NCBI RefSeq assembly: GCF_037042905.1
Contig: NC_087251.1
Coordinates: 42,534,001-42,598,000, forward strand
Direction of reading: 5' to 3'
Origin: Lytechinus pictus
Lineage: Eukaryota
DNA: 64,000 nt
The notes beneath the pieces were generated by a model, which did no database searches, was not told the DNA's origin, and saw only the letters and a program-made list of their open reading frames with translations. This document shows positions 24,585-36,398 of the stretch, in pieces (position 1 is the first letter of the stretch; every line of letters begins with the position of its first letter). Position numbers and translations under genes: made by a program.

Positions 24585-25316
24585 CATACACTCACTACAT
24601 GCAGGGAGGTGGTCATATACGTGTATGTCATTACTCTCAGTCTCGCACACTAACTGCACCTGATATCCATTTAGGTTTACCCTTCGTATAACTTTGATGA
24701 TTTCTGATTGGTTCCTTATACTCATCCATGCTTATGTTCATCTATGATTGGTTGATTATATACAAATGAATATTTATGTTTGTGCAGTCGGATGGAAAAA
24801 CAATAAAAAGTGGCAGAGAGTGCCAAGGCCCTGGGAACAATTTTTTTTCACCGGGGTGCTGAGATTAATATACATGTATATGAAGGGCGGATCCAGGATT
24901 TGTGAAGGGGGGGGGGGGTGGCGGAGACCAGCTTCCCTACCTGTTGAGAAACGTGGGCATGAATCAGTACTTGAGCGTAAAGATGTCACAAACAGCCGCT
25001 CAAGAGCTGATGAGCGGGTGGGGGGGGGGGGCGTGGTAAGCATTAAAAAAAAATTTTAACCGTCAGTTCGTAATGTTTTCTGCAAAAGTGACCAATTAGA
25101 AATTCTGTGGGGGAGGGCAGGGTGGGAAAACAATTTTTTAAAAATTGGTAATGATTTTTTTTAAAGGGGGTCCAGCGGGTTTTTAAGGTCTAAAAAGGGA
25201 CTTGGGCGCAGCCGCGGCCGATTCGGCCCCCCTCTTAACAGCCTGAACTCCTCAAATCAGCCTGAAAGGGGGAGGGGGCGAATCGCGGCCGATTCGCCCC
25301 CCCCCCCGATCCGCCC

Positions 25317-25319
<3 letters not shown>

Positions 25320-25394
<75 letters not shown>
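25320..25394. repeat. (TA)n microsatellite
   Basis: Read directly; only about 5 units at the homologous site in the right TIR (~29643). Confidence 0.95.
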
Positions 25395-25396
<2 letters not shown>

Positions 25397-25689
25397 CAAC
25401 GCATTTTGCAGGGGGTTGCTGTGCATCCCCTGAAAAATCTGCAGCACCCCCATCACCCCCGCTTCCCAGGGCCCTGGAGAGAGTCATATGCTCAGAGAGG
25501 GAGAGAGAGAGAGGCCACATAGCCGTTGCAACCTGAGCTAGAGAGTTGTTGGACTAATTTTTATTCGTCTCCAAAGTATAACACCTATGTAGTGAACCCA
25601 AAACGCATAAACCATCAAAGTAATCCTTTACAATAATTAAAAAACACACGAAAACAAAATGTTTATTAGGGCCTTTGGTATATTAAAAA

Positions 25690-26180
25690 AATAAAGAGAA
25701 AGAAATAGAGGAGAGAGGGGGCGGAGAGAGAGAGGCGGGAGAGAGAGAGAAGTGACAAAGAGAGGAAAAAAGACAGGGAAAGAATAAGGAGAAAGGACGG
25801 GGGAAAGAGTAAAAAAATGTAAATACAAAGATGGCACTAAAGAGAGAAAAAAATAAAACAATAGATTTACAAAATAGAAAATAGCCTTAAAAGGAAAGAA
25901 CGAAAAGATATATAGATAGAAAAAGAAGAAAGATAAATTTGACAAGGGAAGAGAAAAAAGATAAAAAGATAAAATGGAAAGGAAGAAAGAATAGAGAGAG
26001 AGTGATTAGAAAGAAAGAAAAAGAAAGAAAAATAAGGAAAAAGAAGAGAGGGGTTTATTAAAATAGAAAGAAAGAAAAGATGGATAGGAAGGAAAGAAAG
26101 AGAAAGAAAAGATGGATAGGAAGGAAAGAAAGAGAAAGATAGATAGGAAAGAAAGAAAGATACTTAAAAAGAAAGGGAAG
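25690..26180. repeat. purine-rich (A/G) low-complexity tract inside Merlin
   Basis: Read directly. Confidence 0.8.
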
Positions 26181-26974
26181 TTATATGCTTCTGTATGTGT
26201 GGATGTAAAGGTGTGTTTGTGTATGTGCGACATCATCATCCCCCCCCCCCCCCAGGTCTGAGGACGTGTCTACGCCACTGCAATCATTCTGTCTTCTAAA
26301 CATACACTTTCGAAATTCACATTTCAATCGTAGCCGCTAATACATTTACACTCACAAAACAAACACATTCATCAGTGATCAGCACACATCTACAAATATT
26401 GCAAATCAAACGTTTAAATGAAATAATGACTGCAAACAAAAGACAAAATAACACAAAATATATTTGTCTCATTGATTTTAGAAAATATATATTATTGATG
26501 AACCTTCATGGAAGGAATATATAAACTTTGAGCAACAATATGCTGGAAGGAATTATACAGATGGTTCTAATAGAAGAAAAAAAATATAGATCATGTCATG
26601 AAGAAAACAATATGTAACTTTAAGACGTATACTGTAACATAAACATAGGTTTTTAAAAAATGATACGTAACTAATTACATTGAGCAAACTTTAACCGAAA
26701 ACATGTTGTAATGCCCGACCCTTAAAAATGATACATGAAATTATGTCTACAACTCGTGTCCTTTCTGAAGCTGATATCAAAATTAAAACTGATCAAGTAC
26801 TTCGCAGAATGAACTGCGGATCACCTAATAACAATGTCAATAATTATTGTCATAATGATACTAAAAAAGTAATAACAAAATATTGGTATTTGGAAAATCA
26901 TAACTGGCAATATCAATAATAGTAAAAAATAAAATAAAAATGATTAAATAGGAAGACGAGCATGTAAGATAAAG

Positions 26975-27940
26975 TTAATTGACGGGGTACAAGTCTGTGG
27001 CAATCTGTGTCCACAAATGAAAGAGTGGACTTGCCGAAAAGCGCTGTGACCACATGAACTCACAAAGGTAGTCGCCTATCATGGCTCTGTTGGTTGGACC
27101 TTGTTGTGCCTTGAACTTCGCCTTCGCTCTCTGCCACATTGACTCGACTCTGTTGGTAGTCACACCGGTGTTCGGATCAACGAAGTTGAGTGTGTGGTTT
27201 ACCACCCCGTGTTGGTATTGTCCCGGCAAGTTTGGTAGGTTGTTGTATGCTCTCCACATATCGGTCCAGATAATGCTGCCGGGTGCCACCCATTGTTGGA
27301 TGATGGGCAGCAGGGTAGCCGCGTCCCGCTGCTGGACTTCGACCAGAAAGCCTATCTTGCGGGCAGGTTCGTAGCCACCGAGGACCCACTTTTCTGGTCG
27401 GGCGCGTCCTACGTTGTTTTTCCTTCTCGCAAAAAGAGACTCATCAATCTCAACTAGGACACCCGGACCCCCGATCTGCTGCTGGTGGTTTTGGAAGTAC
27501 TGGACGCAGATGTCGCGAAAAAACTGCATCCAGTCCACCGTCGTTTTGTTCGAGACTCCAACTTCCTTCATGATGATGTCCTGAGGCAGCCCTCGAGCAC
27601 GACCGCAGTTGGTTGACCATACGTAGGAAAGGGCAACTATCTGCCAGAGTTGAAGATGGCTCCTTTCAAAGAAGCTGTCCTTTCTGATGTTCACCGTCTT
27701 CCGACAGGGATTTGCGCAACGCCATGTGATGCCATCAACGGCCCTGTTATATGCCCCTTCCCGACATGGACGACCGCAGGTAGGACAGTCCATATGTGTT
27801 GCAAGAAGTCCATGGTTTCGGCACCAGAGAACCATGCCGTCGATGTCATATTTGAATCTATGACCAATCTCGGTCAGACTGATTCCCTCAAACTCTGCCT
27901 GGTCAGGCAAATTGCCGCCCTGAGGCTGAGCAGCAGCCAT
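26975..27940 (-). CDS. Merlin transposase (ISXO2/IS1595-like DDE), 321 aa, intronless
   Basis: N-terminal Cys zinc ribbon (CPTC...WRC..C), HTH-like region, catalytic VEIDES, IWTDMWRAY, NH..NFVDP.TG..TNRVESMW; uninterrupted frame. Confidence 0.93.
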   Translation of the reverse strand: MAAAQPQGGNLPDQAEFEGISLTEIGHRFKYDIDGMVLWCRNHGLLATHMDCPTCGRPCREGAYNRAVDGITWRCANPCRKTVNIRKDSFFERSHLQLWQIVALSYVWSTNCGRARGLPQDIIMKEVGVSNKTTVDWMQFFRDICVQYFQNHQQQIGGPGVLVEIDESLFARRKNNVGRARPEKWVLGGYEPARKIGFLVEVQQRDAATLLPIIQQWVAPGSIIWTDMWRAYNNLPNLPGQYQHGVVNHTLNFVDPNTGVTTNRVESMWQRAKAKFKAQQGPTNRAMIGDYLCEFMWSQRFSASPLFHLWTQIATDLYPVN

Positions 27941-28053
27941 GATAAAAATTCAACTCGAGTTTTGACGCCAAAGATGTTTGGTCAACGACTGATCTGACAC
28001 TGGGTTTTCTCGAGGGTTTTTATTTGGAAGTGGGGGGGGGGGGGGTCATTTTT

Positions 28054-28524
28054 ATCATTCATCTTTGGAGTTTCTCTGATGATAACATTTTTGCCGCAAT
28101 CAAAAGGTATCCCGCTTCATTCTCACGCCCCTGGGGGCCACTCTATATACAACGCTGTAACCACGCGCGTGCACAAATACGCGGAATAAGTGGCATTTTT
28201 TCGGGCAGGATCATTCATCTTTGGAGTTTCTCTGATGATAACATTTTTGCCGCAATCAAAAGGTATCCCGCTTCATTCTCACGCTCCTGGGGGCCACTCT
28301 ATATACAACGCTGTAACCACGCGCGTGCACAAATACGCGGAATAAGTGGCATTTTTTCGGGCAGGATCATTCATCTTTGGAGTTTCTCTGATGATAACAT
28401 TTTTGCCGCAATCAAAAGGTATCCCGCTTCATTCTCACGCCCCTGGGGGCCACTCTATATACAACGCTGTAACCACGCGCGTGCACAAATACGCGGAATA
28501 AGTGGCATTTTTTCGGGCAGGATC
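28054..28524. repeat. three near-identical 156-bp tandem units upstream of the transposase
   Basis: Units start at 28054, 28210, 28366; one substitution noticed (CCC/CTC) in unit 2. Confidence 0.95.
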
Positions 28525-29539
28525 CCTTTAAGGGTATCAAAATCGCTCATTTAAGAGAAAAGGGTTTTTCAGAGCAAATTCCGCGCTAAGGGTTATCTTT
28601 TCCCTATCTGAAGCAAAATAAAAATGTTCCTATATAATTGATAATTAAAAGTGATTTTCACTCCTTTTTCACTGACTTACAATTTATATACGGTCGCATC
28701 ATATATATCTATATTTTTTACAACAATGCAAATTCTTCTATAGTTCTATCATGCAAAGTTTTTAGGTACTATGTAGAAACAATTTTACCGTGCACAAGGT
28801 TGGGGGGGGGGGGGGTGAGGGCGAAGATAGTAGCTTTATCGGTGGGAGCAAAGCATTTTTTTCCTTCTTAGCTTCAGTGGGTCCTTTCCAAAGATATAAA
28901 AAGTAATATAGGCACTAGAATGTAATAATGTTGTACTATAACGATCTGTAAAGAGCTGTGCCCAAAATGCAAACTTTCTATATACCAAAATGTAAAATGT
29001 CTCACTCGGTCTCTACGCTACCTCACATAGTAATATAATATTATGAAGTGCCCCTTTTGGACCCCCTCACAAGTAGAATACCAAAGTAAAATGTATAAAA
29101 ATTGAAGGAAATAATGTGCTTTCACGACAGGGGGAGGGGAATTAGGGGCATGGTTTCCAGGTTATCTGCAGGGAGTAAGGGTCGATACATATCGGAGCTA
29201 CATTTTGGGGATTCTTTGAGATGACCCACCCCCACCCCCATGCGCGTATCCAGTATTTTATACCCCTGGGGGCCCGACCAGATTTTGGGCGCCCTTAGGT
29301 AAAATTTGGAAAATGCCGCCCCCCCCCCCCCACATGCATGATCAAAGTAAACTATATCTCGACACATTTTGTTCAAATTATAAAAAGATTTAACCCTAAA
29401 AAGGCAGAGTGATGTTTGTTTGGTTTTTATTTTCGGGGGGGGGGGGTGTTCTCAGACATGGAGCGACAAACTGTTCTGAAACTTGGCATGTAGTGTACAT
29501 AGAACATTATATATTAAATAAACCTATAAGGTCAAACGT

Positions 29540-31004
29540 CTCTCTGAGCACATGACTCTCTCCAGGGCCCTTGGAAGCGGGGGTGATAGGGGTGCTGCAG
29601 ATTTTTCAGGGGATGCACAGCAACCCCCTGCAAAATGTGTTGTATATATATACAGGGGCGGATCCAGGGGGGGGGGGCGATTCGGCCGCGCCCCCTCCCC
29701 CTTTCAGGATGATTTGAGGAGTTCAGGCTGTTTAGAGGGGGCCGAATCGGCCGCGGCTGCGCCCAAGTCCCTTTTTTAGACCTTAAAAACCCGCTGGACC
29801 CCCCTTAAAAAAAAATCATTACTAATTTAAAAAAAATTGTTTTCCCACCCTGCCCTCCCCTACTGACAGAATTTCTAATTGGTCACTTTTGCAGAAAACA
29901 TTACGAAATGACGGTTAAAAATTATTTTTTTTATGCTTACCACCCCCCCCCCCCCACCCGCTCATCAGCTCTTGAGCGGCTGGTTGCGACCTCTTTACGC
30001 TCAAGTACTGATTCATGCCCACGTTTCTCAACAGGTAGGGAAGCTGGTCTCCGCCACCTCCCCCCCCTTCACAAATCCTGGATCCGCCCTTGATATACAT
30101 GTATATTAATCTCAGCACCCCGGTGAAAAAAAAATTGTTCCCAGGGCCTTGGCACTCTCTGCCACTTTTTATTGTTTTTCCATCCGACTGCACAAACATA
30201 AATATTCATTTGTATATAATCAACCAATCATAGATGAACATAAGCATGGATGAGTATAAGGAACCAATCAGAAATCATCAAAGTTATACGAAGGGTAAAC
30301 CTAAACGGATATCAGGTGCAGTTAGTGTGCGAGACTGAGAGTAATGACATACACGTAATATGATCACCTCCCTGCATGTAGTGAGTGTATGCGCATGCAA
30401 ACAAAAGGATGAAATGTACATTGCATGTCCCAGGTGGTATGGATGGAGATGGTACGGCATGTGAAAAATTGAAAAATGTAATCTACTAGCATGAAATCAA
30501 CATAGCATACAATTGTAAACTGAAGGAAAGTTCTCTGACCTAGAGTTCAAAACAAGGCTCTACATTATTATTTCTTATTTCATCGCTAAATCTACGTGTA
30601 TTCACATTTTTCACATTTCTTATTTCATTCAAACAAGCACACACACGCACACCCCACACACACCTTCACACAACAAACATCAACCACTCTGCACAACCAC
30701 TACCGTAATACTTGGTGCAAGCTGAAAGAGGGGGAAAAATCTTTTTGAAGATACCATAGAAAAACTCGCTCTTCTTGCACTTCACTAGGTGGTACGTACT
30801 GTACGCGTACCGACTGCTTATGTGCAGCGCTGAGCTTCAAGCGACCGAGTGATTCCGAAATAGGTGTAAAACTTTGTAAAAAAAAGTGTCAAAACGGCAA
30901 ATATTCAACTTCTACTGGACTTTGGAGGATCAGATGCAAGTATTTTAGGTTGTGAATTATTTAGGGTGAGATTAAACGGGGAGGTGCGAAACTACACTAG
31001 CGCC
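29540..31004 (-). repeat. right TIR of Merlin (1465 bp)
   Basis: Reverse complement of the left TIR segments. Confidence 0.9.
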
Positions 31005-31012
31005 GAGCTAGG

Positions 31013-31900
31013 CCCTAGGGATTCCTTCCCATTCATCTGCGTGTACCACCAAAAAACCTGAAACTTTCACCCCCGAGATTTCTACTTTCCTTTTAGTTTT
31101 AAAAGATCAAGAGTTCCGGCGCAGTGTGCGGCCGCTTAAGTTAACAATGCTTAGGTTAGGGTTTTTCCATCCTGTAACTAGTGTAACTATTTTGCACAAA
31201 TTTAATCCATACCATAGACCTACATATCATATAAAAAGGACTGATGGTACTTACTATTTTTATCGCAAAAATTGGCCGATAGCAATCGTGTGACGGTGGT
31301 GGTCAAGATTGACCACCACTTCTGACCGCGATAGCATTCTTCTGTGTGCGGCCACCCTGTCTCTAGTGCGGTTTCCGATGTACAATTCCTATGGCGCTCC
31401 CGCAAGCTCTGTGAGGCAGCTGCAATTCACCTCTAAACGGCGCGCGAATGTTGCTGAGTGCGCAGTTCCATTGCAAACGCATGTGAAAATAGCGAGCATA
31501 CACACAAAGCCGCACTTAGTTAGGCCTTAGGGCGCTACATTTTGAGGTGTTGTCGTATTTTTCATGTTTTTTATTATTTTTTCGATCTCAGCATTGACTT
31601 CCGGAAAGAAATGGCGGCCGACATCGGCTCGCGAAAGTACTAGTTTTTACCGAGGGGCGAGGACATGTTTTCAAAATCCACGAACATCGAGAAAACCGTG
31701 AAAAATCCACTTTTTTATACCCCTTGTTTCTTAACTATGAACCGACGGTGATATTTTTTTATGCGAGATATGGTGATTTACTTAAGGAAATTTCACTTTT
31801 TATTTGAGATTTTGCCCATGTCGCCGGATGATTTTGTAGTGTGGGAGTGAGTTAGTGAATATGTACTGTACATGTTTAGAGTGTGTTGGTGATTTCAGTG
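31013..31900. promoter_or_regulatory. CpG-rich candidate (bidirectional) promoter upstream of BANF1
   Basis: Raised CpG density; ETS-type TTCCGG at 31114 and TTCCGGAA at 31599; YY1-type AAATGGCGGC at 31609; candidate donor GTGAGT at 31847. Confidence 0.45.
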
Positions 31901-32479
31901 GAATATTGTTGAGTCTGCTGAATGGCCGCACACCAACCCCCTGCCGCGCACAGATGCAGTTACTCTAGCCCTTAATCATGTAGATGGGATACAACTTCAT
32001 TTCGGACATTTCTACAATATCAATTTCATTTTTAAACAAGAATTCATTCAAAAAACGAGAAAAATGTTATGCTTGAAAACTTGCCACCGTGTTAACGTCA
32101 CCATCTTGATTTCATTGTCTTTCGCTTGGCGACAGCATGCAAATTGCGCGATTTGCGTGCTGTCACCACTCGCCAAGCGAAAGACAAGGTCTACTCAAAG
32201 GTCATTTCATCATCATGATGATCCTCATCTGGTACGGGATGAAGGCGCGAGCCTGTAACTCCCGGTCGCTTCTTGTACTATTTGTAGGATTAATATTGCT
32301 GAAAATTACTACTTCATGAGCTTGTGTGAGGAGTCATGGAAGCTCAAAGTGCTTATTTTGCCAAAATATATCAATACGGTACTTCTTTTAAATTTGTCTG
32401 TTGTTGGCATTTGTATTAACTTAAGTATTTAGGGTCAATGAACTTAGACCATGTTGGGGGAATCAATATCAAAATCAAT

Positions 32480-32803
32480 ATTCCACCAACTGGACCATGT
32501 ACACGTGGAAATCCTGATAAGTTCCAAATCCCATATGCCAGAACACAAATATATCAAAAGACATTCTTTCCTGATGCTATCAGAATATGGAACTCGCTCC
32601 CAGCAAAGATAGTCCACAGCACCTCCCTCGCGTCTTTCAAGCAGGAGGTGCAGCAAATGAGGCTTCGTTAAGGCCTCTTCTGTTTTTAGCCGCACATAGT
32701 TTTGTAGAGATTTTTACTTGCACTATTCATCTGGGCACTTGACAAGCACAACTAGTACGATAATATGCCAATGGCAGTCTGTACTTGACAAGAAGAAGAA
32801 GAA
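32480..32803 (+). mobile_element. 3' fragment of CR1/L2-group LINE with (AAG)n tail
   Basis: TRG..KFQIPYART..YQKTFFPDAIRIWNSLP...SLASFK; AAG repeats at 32789-32803. Confidence 0.7.
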
Positions 32804-33680
32804 CTTAAAAAGTATATGGATCTAGTTTCATTAAACTTGGCTATGATGTTAATGTCGTATTACTGAATATCCTGCCTGAGGGGAGGCCAATCGAATATAT
32901 TGCTGTACACACGCGTGACCAAACAAACGCGTTTAAAGGGTTTTTTTTTTTCAGTTTTGGACATGGGCTGCGCGTGCACTCGTTAAGGGTATCAAAAACA
33001 CAGATTTTCAAAAAAGGGATAGTTTTGAAAGACTGGTAAATGGTCAATCGCAGGGTCAAATGTATTTAGGGTACGTTTTTTTTTAAGGACTAGCCAAACG
33101 TGTTTAAGGTATGTTTTTTTCCCAAGCTTTTTCCCCGGGGTCATATTCTGGCGACAACTTGTTTAGGGGCCAAAATGTGCAAATAAAGCCCACAAAAACT
33201 TGTTTAGGTGGTTATTTTGCACACAGAAAAACTTGTTCAGGGGGTATATGGAAATGATTTGGCCACGTGTGTGTACAGCAATATATTTAACTGCCCCCCC
33301 CCCCCGGGTTTCAGGTCACATGACCAAGGTCAAAGGTTATTTAGGGTCAATGAACTCTGGCCAAGTTTTGGGTATTTGTGGAATTACCAATTTAACTTTG
33401 AAAGTTTATGGATCTGGTTGTGAATAATTATTTTAAAGTAGTTTTCAAAGTCAGCACTGCTGCTATATTGATCGCATGATGCAGGTGAGACTGCCAGAGG
33501 TGCTCCACTTGTTTATTACAAGTATTTACAACCCTGCCAGGCTAGCTTAGTATTTTTCCTTTCCAGTCATCCATGTGACTCACTCCTTTGGGAATTATCT
33601 TAAGTGATTTTTCTTTAAATTTTTTTTTTATATATCTTCCCCTGCATTAGATACCAGATTGGTAGTGAATACATTGCAGC

Positions 33681-33809
33681 ATGGCCCAATCAACATCCCA
33701 GAAACATAGAGACTTTGTGGCAGAGCCAATGGGAGAGAAATCGGTGCAGGAAATGGCTGGCATCGGACCTGCCATTGGTGGTAGACTTAGTGAGAAAGGC
33801 TTTGATAAG
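33681..33809 (+). CDS. BANF1: barrier-to-autointegration factor, coding exon 1 (43 codons)
   Basis: [43 protein letters not shown] matches the BAF N-terminus; upstream acceptor polypyrimidine+TAG at 33650; donor AAG|GTAACA. Confidence 0.96.
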
Positions 33810-35408
33810 GTAACAATAAATTTGTGATTTTTATAGAAGAATGGGGACTAGGGTAATTTAAACAGAATGAAGGTGCTGCAATAGTGACACAGTATTGGTT
33901 ACATGTACTTTAACTGCAGATTTGTAACATTTATTTTATTTTATTTGAATACAAAACATGGAAACTTTAGACATGACAAAATACAACACAGTCTTCATGC
34001 AGCATAGTTCTACTGTATATTCTGCACTGTCTAATTTATCAACCCACTTCAACCATCGAGAATCTAACTTGGAAATTCTCTGATCTGACCAGGGAAATCT
34101 CCATGATCTAACCAAATCACAACCTTAAGCATTATCAGAAGGGCAGGAAATGTAACACCAGTGCTTGACAGTCAATTCCAAGTTTGATAATGAGAAATGC
34201 ATACTGATGGAAATAATAGCTTAGTTCATGCCTGTTTCATGCCCGATTCAAACAGCTGCATTCTTGTTCTTATTACTATATTTATTATTAAGTTACTGAG
34301 GTTTAATTGATTTACCTAGTTTTAATTTTTTTAAATGTCAATTTCCACTGGTATGATAACATGCTAACAACAATGCAGAAATACAGTGTACAGTAGTGAA
34401 GTAAATTTGGAATGGTCTGAAATGCACCACTGTTACATAATTAGAGAATATGTATTCAAAACCACTAAGTGTTGCCAATGAAATTTTCAAAGAATTTAGA
34501 AAATGAAATGAGCTCTCTAATTATGTGGTCGCTGTATCAAAGCCCCATGTTAGCAAAGTCATGAGGATATAACGAGTTGCAGCTAAACATAAGTTTTTGT
34601 TGGAAGGCAACAATTTTAAAAATTATTTTAAGAAATTAACATAAAAATAATTATTACATAGTTACATCGGTTAACCTATGGCATCATATATTATGTCTCC
34701 ATGGCCCATAATCTGAAGTCAGGTCTAACTCTGTGTTAAAATTATGGGAAGCCAAAAATTGAATACGGTAAATGCATTTACAAAATCTATTTCATATCTT
34801 TACTTGACACTTTCCACATTTTTAATGGTAAAGAGAACTATTTCAAAAATAATTTGTTCCAGTCTCTTATTGTATGATTTGAGTATCGAATGAGCTGACA
34901 AACTGAACTTAGACTGCAAGAGATACCTGTCACAATTTGCTATCCATAGTTTAACAACAACTTTAGACCAGAGTTTGAATTCAACTCAAGTTTAGAATGC
35001 AGGCTCATGAGTTTTTCTTTGCAGCTATGGACAGTTCTGCGATTTGGAGCTGTGAGGCACTTTCATAAGCATGGGTGGGATGATTTTTCTCCCTGTGTAA
35101 AAAGCTATGAAAAATGTTGTCAAGCCTTATCATGTCTGAAAGACCTTTTTCTCTGTTCAAATCAAATCAGTATGTTGTTAGGGTGTCACGCACACAGTAC
35201 TTGTCATTTCATACATAGTTATTTTCTATGACTTTGAGTGATTTTTTGTCTTTATGATAACCATCTTTATTCACCACTTCTCTCTTCTGTGGTTTTTCCA
35301 TCTTTTTCTCCCTCATTCCTTTTATTTTCCCCCTTTCACTCTCTCTTTCTTGTACTGTCTCTTTCTCTCTCCTTTTCTTTCCCTCTTTTCCTTCCCCTTT
35401 CATTACAG

Positions 35409-35555
35409 GCCTATGTTATCCTTGGGCAGTTCTTGGTCCTAAAGAAAGACGAAGAACTATTCATTGATTGGCTGAAGGACGAAGGAGGAGCCAACAAGAA
35501 ACAGGCGGGAGATTGCTATAATTGTTTGAAGGATTGGTGCGATGCCTTTTTGTGA
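35409..35555 (+). CDS. BANF1: barrier-to-autointegration factor, coding exon 2 (48 aa + stop)
   Basis: [48 protein letters not shown]; long polypyrimidine tract + CAG acceptor, phase 0. Confidence 0.96.
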   Translation, partial: AYVILGQFLVLKKDEELFIDWLKDEGGANKKQAGDCYNCLKDWCDAFL

Positions 35556-36398
35556 TCTCATTTACCCAGTTTATGTTTTAGGATCAGAGCTTAAAAGGGG
35601 GCCAACCGGTGCACATAAAAGCAGCATGATGTAAAAGGAGCAAACTACTGTGGGACGCCACCACAGGAATTTTAATTTTTCAAAGGAGGCACTTTGTGTG
35701 GTAAGATATTAAAGTTTGATAAAACAATGGATATAATGACTAATAACTGACCATCAAATATTTCATTTACTGTACCCATTTTAGGGGAAAATTGCAATGA
35801 GTTTCGGGAGGATTTTGCTCCTGAAATGCTAAAAAAATCCCTGGAAAATAATAATAAAAAAGAGCCTAGGGAAGTCCTCCTTCACTGCAAAATCCAATGT
35901 TTCAGATTTCATTTAATTTATGAAAATAGACCCTGACCAAATTAATATGTAGGCATTGAAATCCCCAGGCATAAGAGCAAGTTTTTGTTTTTAAAGATGA
36001 ACCTGCTATCATGTAGTACTTTATTTATCAATAAGGAAAGTTCTTCAGTAAGTTGCCAAATCAATACCATGGTCATTCGAGTTTTGGCTTGCTGACACAA
36101 CTCATTGCACATTCTCATTTTTTCTCTGCTCCCTTGGGAGTACATGTAAGTGTGGTGCTTACATTATCAAGAAAACTGCATTGATTTTCAATCTTACTTG
36201 GGGGCTCTTTCATGAAAGTATTTGCATGTTATGATTGAATGCCTTTATGCTCAAGTGGAAGCCTTTCTTGCGCTAAGTGATAGAATGTATCTGACTTTAC
36301 ATGTTCCAGGTACATGAAAAATTGTAACTTTACGAACAATTTTATGAAACACGAGTCCCAAGTATCAACTTTTTGAAGAGTAGCAAATTAAGATTTAT

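Larger units (their letters stand above)
21416..25499 (+). repeat. left TIR of Merlin (21416-22036 plus 24593-25499, split by a nested insertion)
   Basis: Reverse complement of 29540-31004. Confidence 0.9.
21416..31004 (-). mobile_element. Merlin (IS1016/IS1595-related) DNA transposon, apparently autonomous, with ~1.46-kb TIRs
   Basis: Perfect 8-bp TSD GAGCTAGG (21408-21415, 31005-31012); termini GGCGCTAGTGTAG / CTACACTAGCGCC; central transposase ORF. Confidence 0.92.

Noticed and set aside
25235..26239. ORFs with YIYIYI and F/S/L-rich hydrophobic sequence
   Set aside because: Translations of (TA)n and purine-rich low-complexity DNA
26975..27940. Bacterial IS1595 element or contamination, given the intronless GC-richer ORF
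   Set aside because: Embedded in eukaryotic repeats, within an element with 8-bp TSD and GG termini typical of Merlin
28024..28554. 176-aa ORF with a three-fold repeat
   Set aside because: Translation of the 156-bp (multiple of 3) tandem array, TTG start, no recognisable domain
35238..35408. Hydrophobic N-terminal extension of the 105-aa ORF containing the BAF C-terminus
   Set aside because: It is the intronic polypyrimidine tract; the true N-terminus is the exon at 33681-33809
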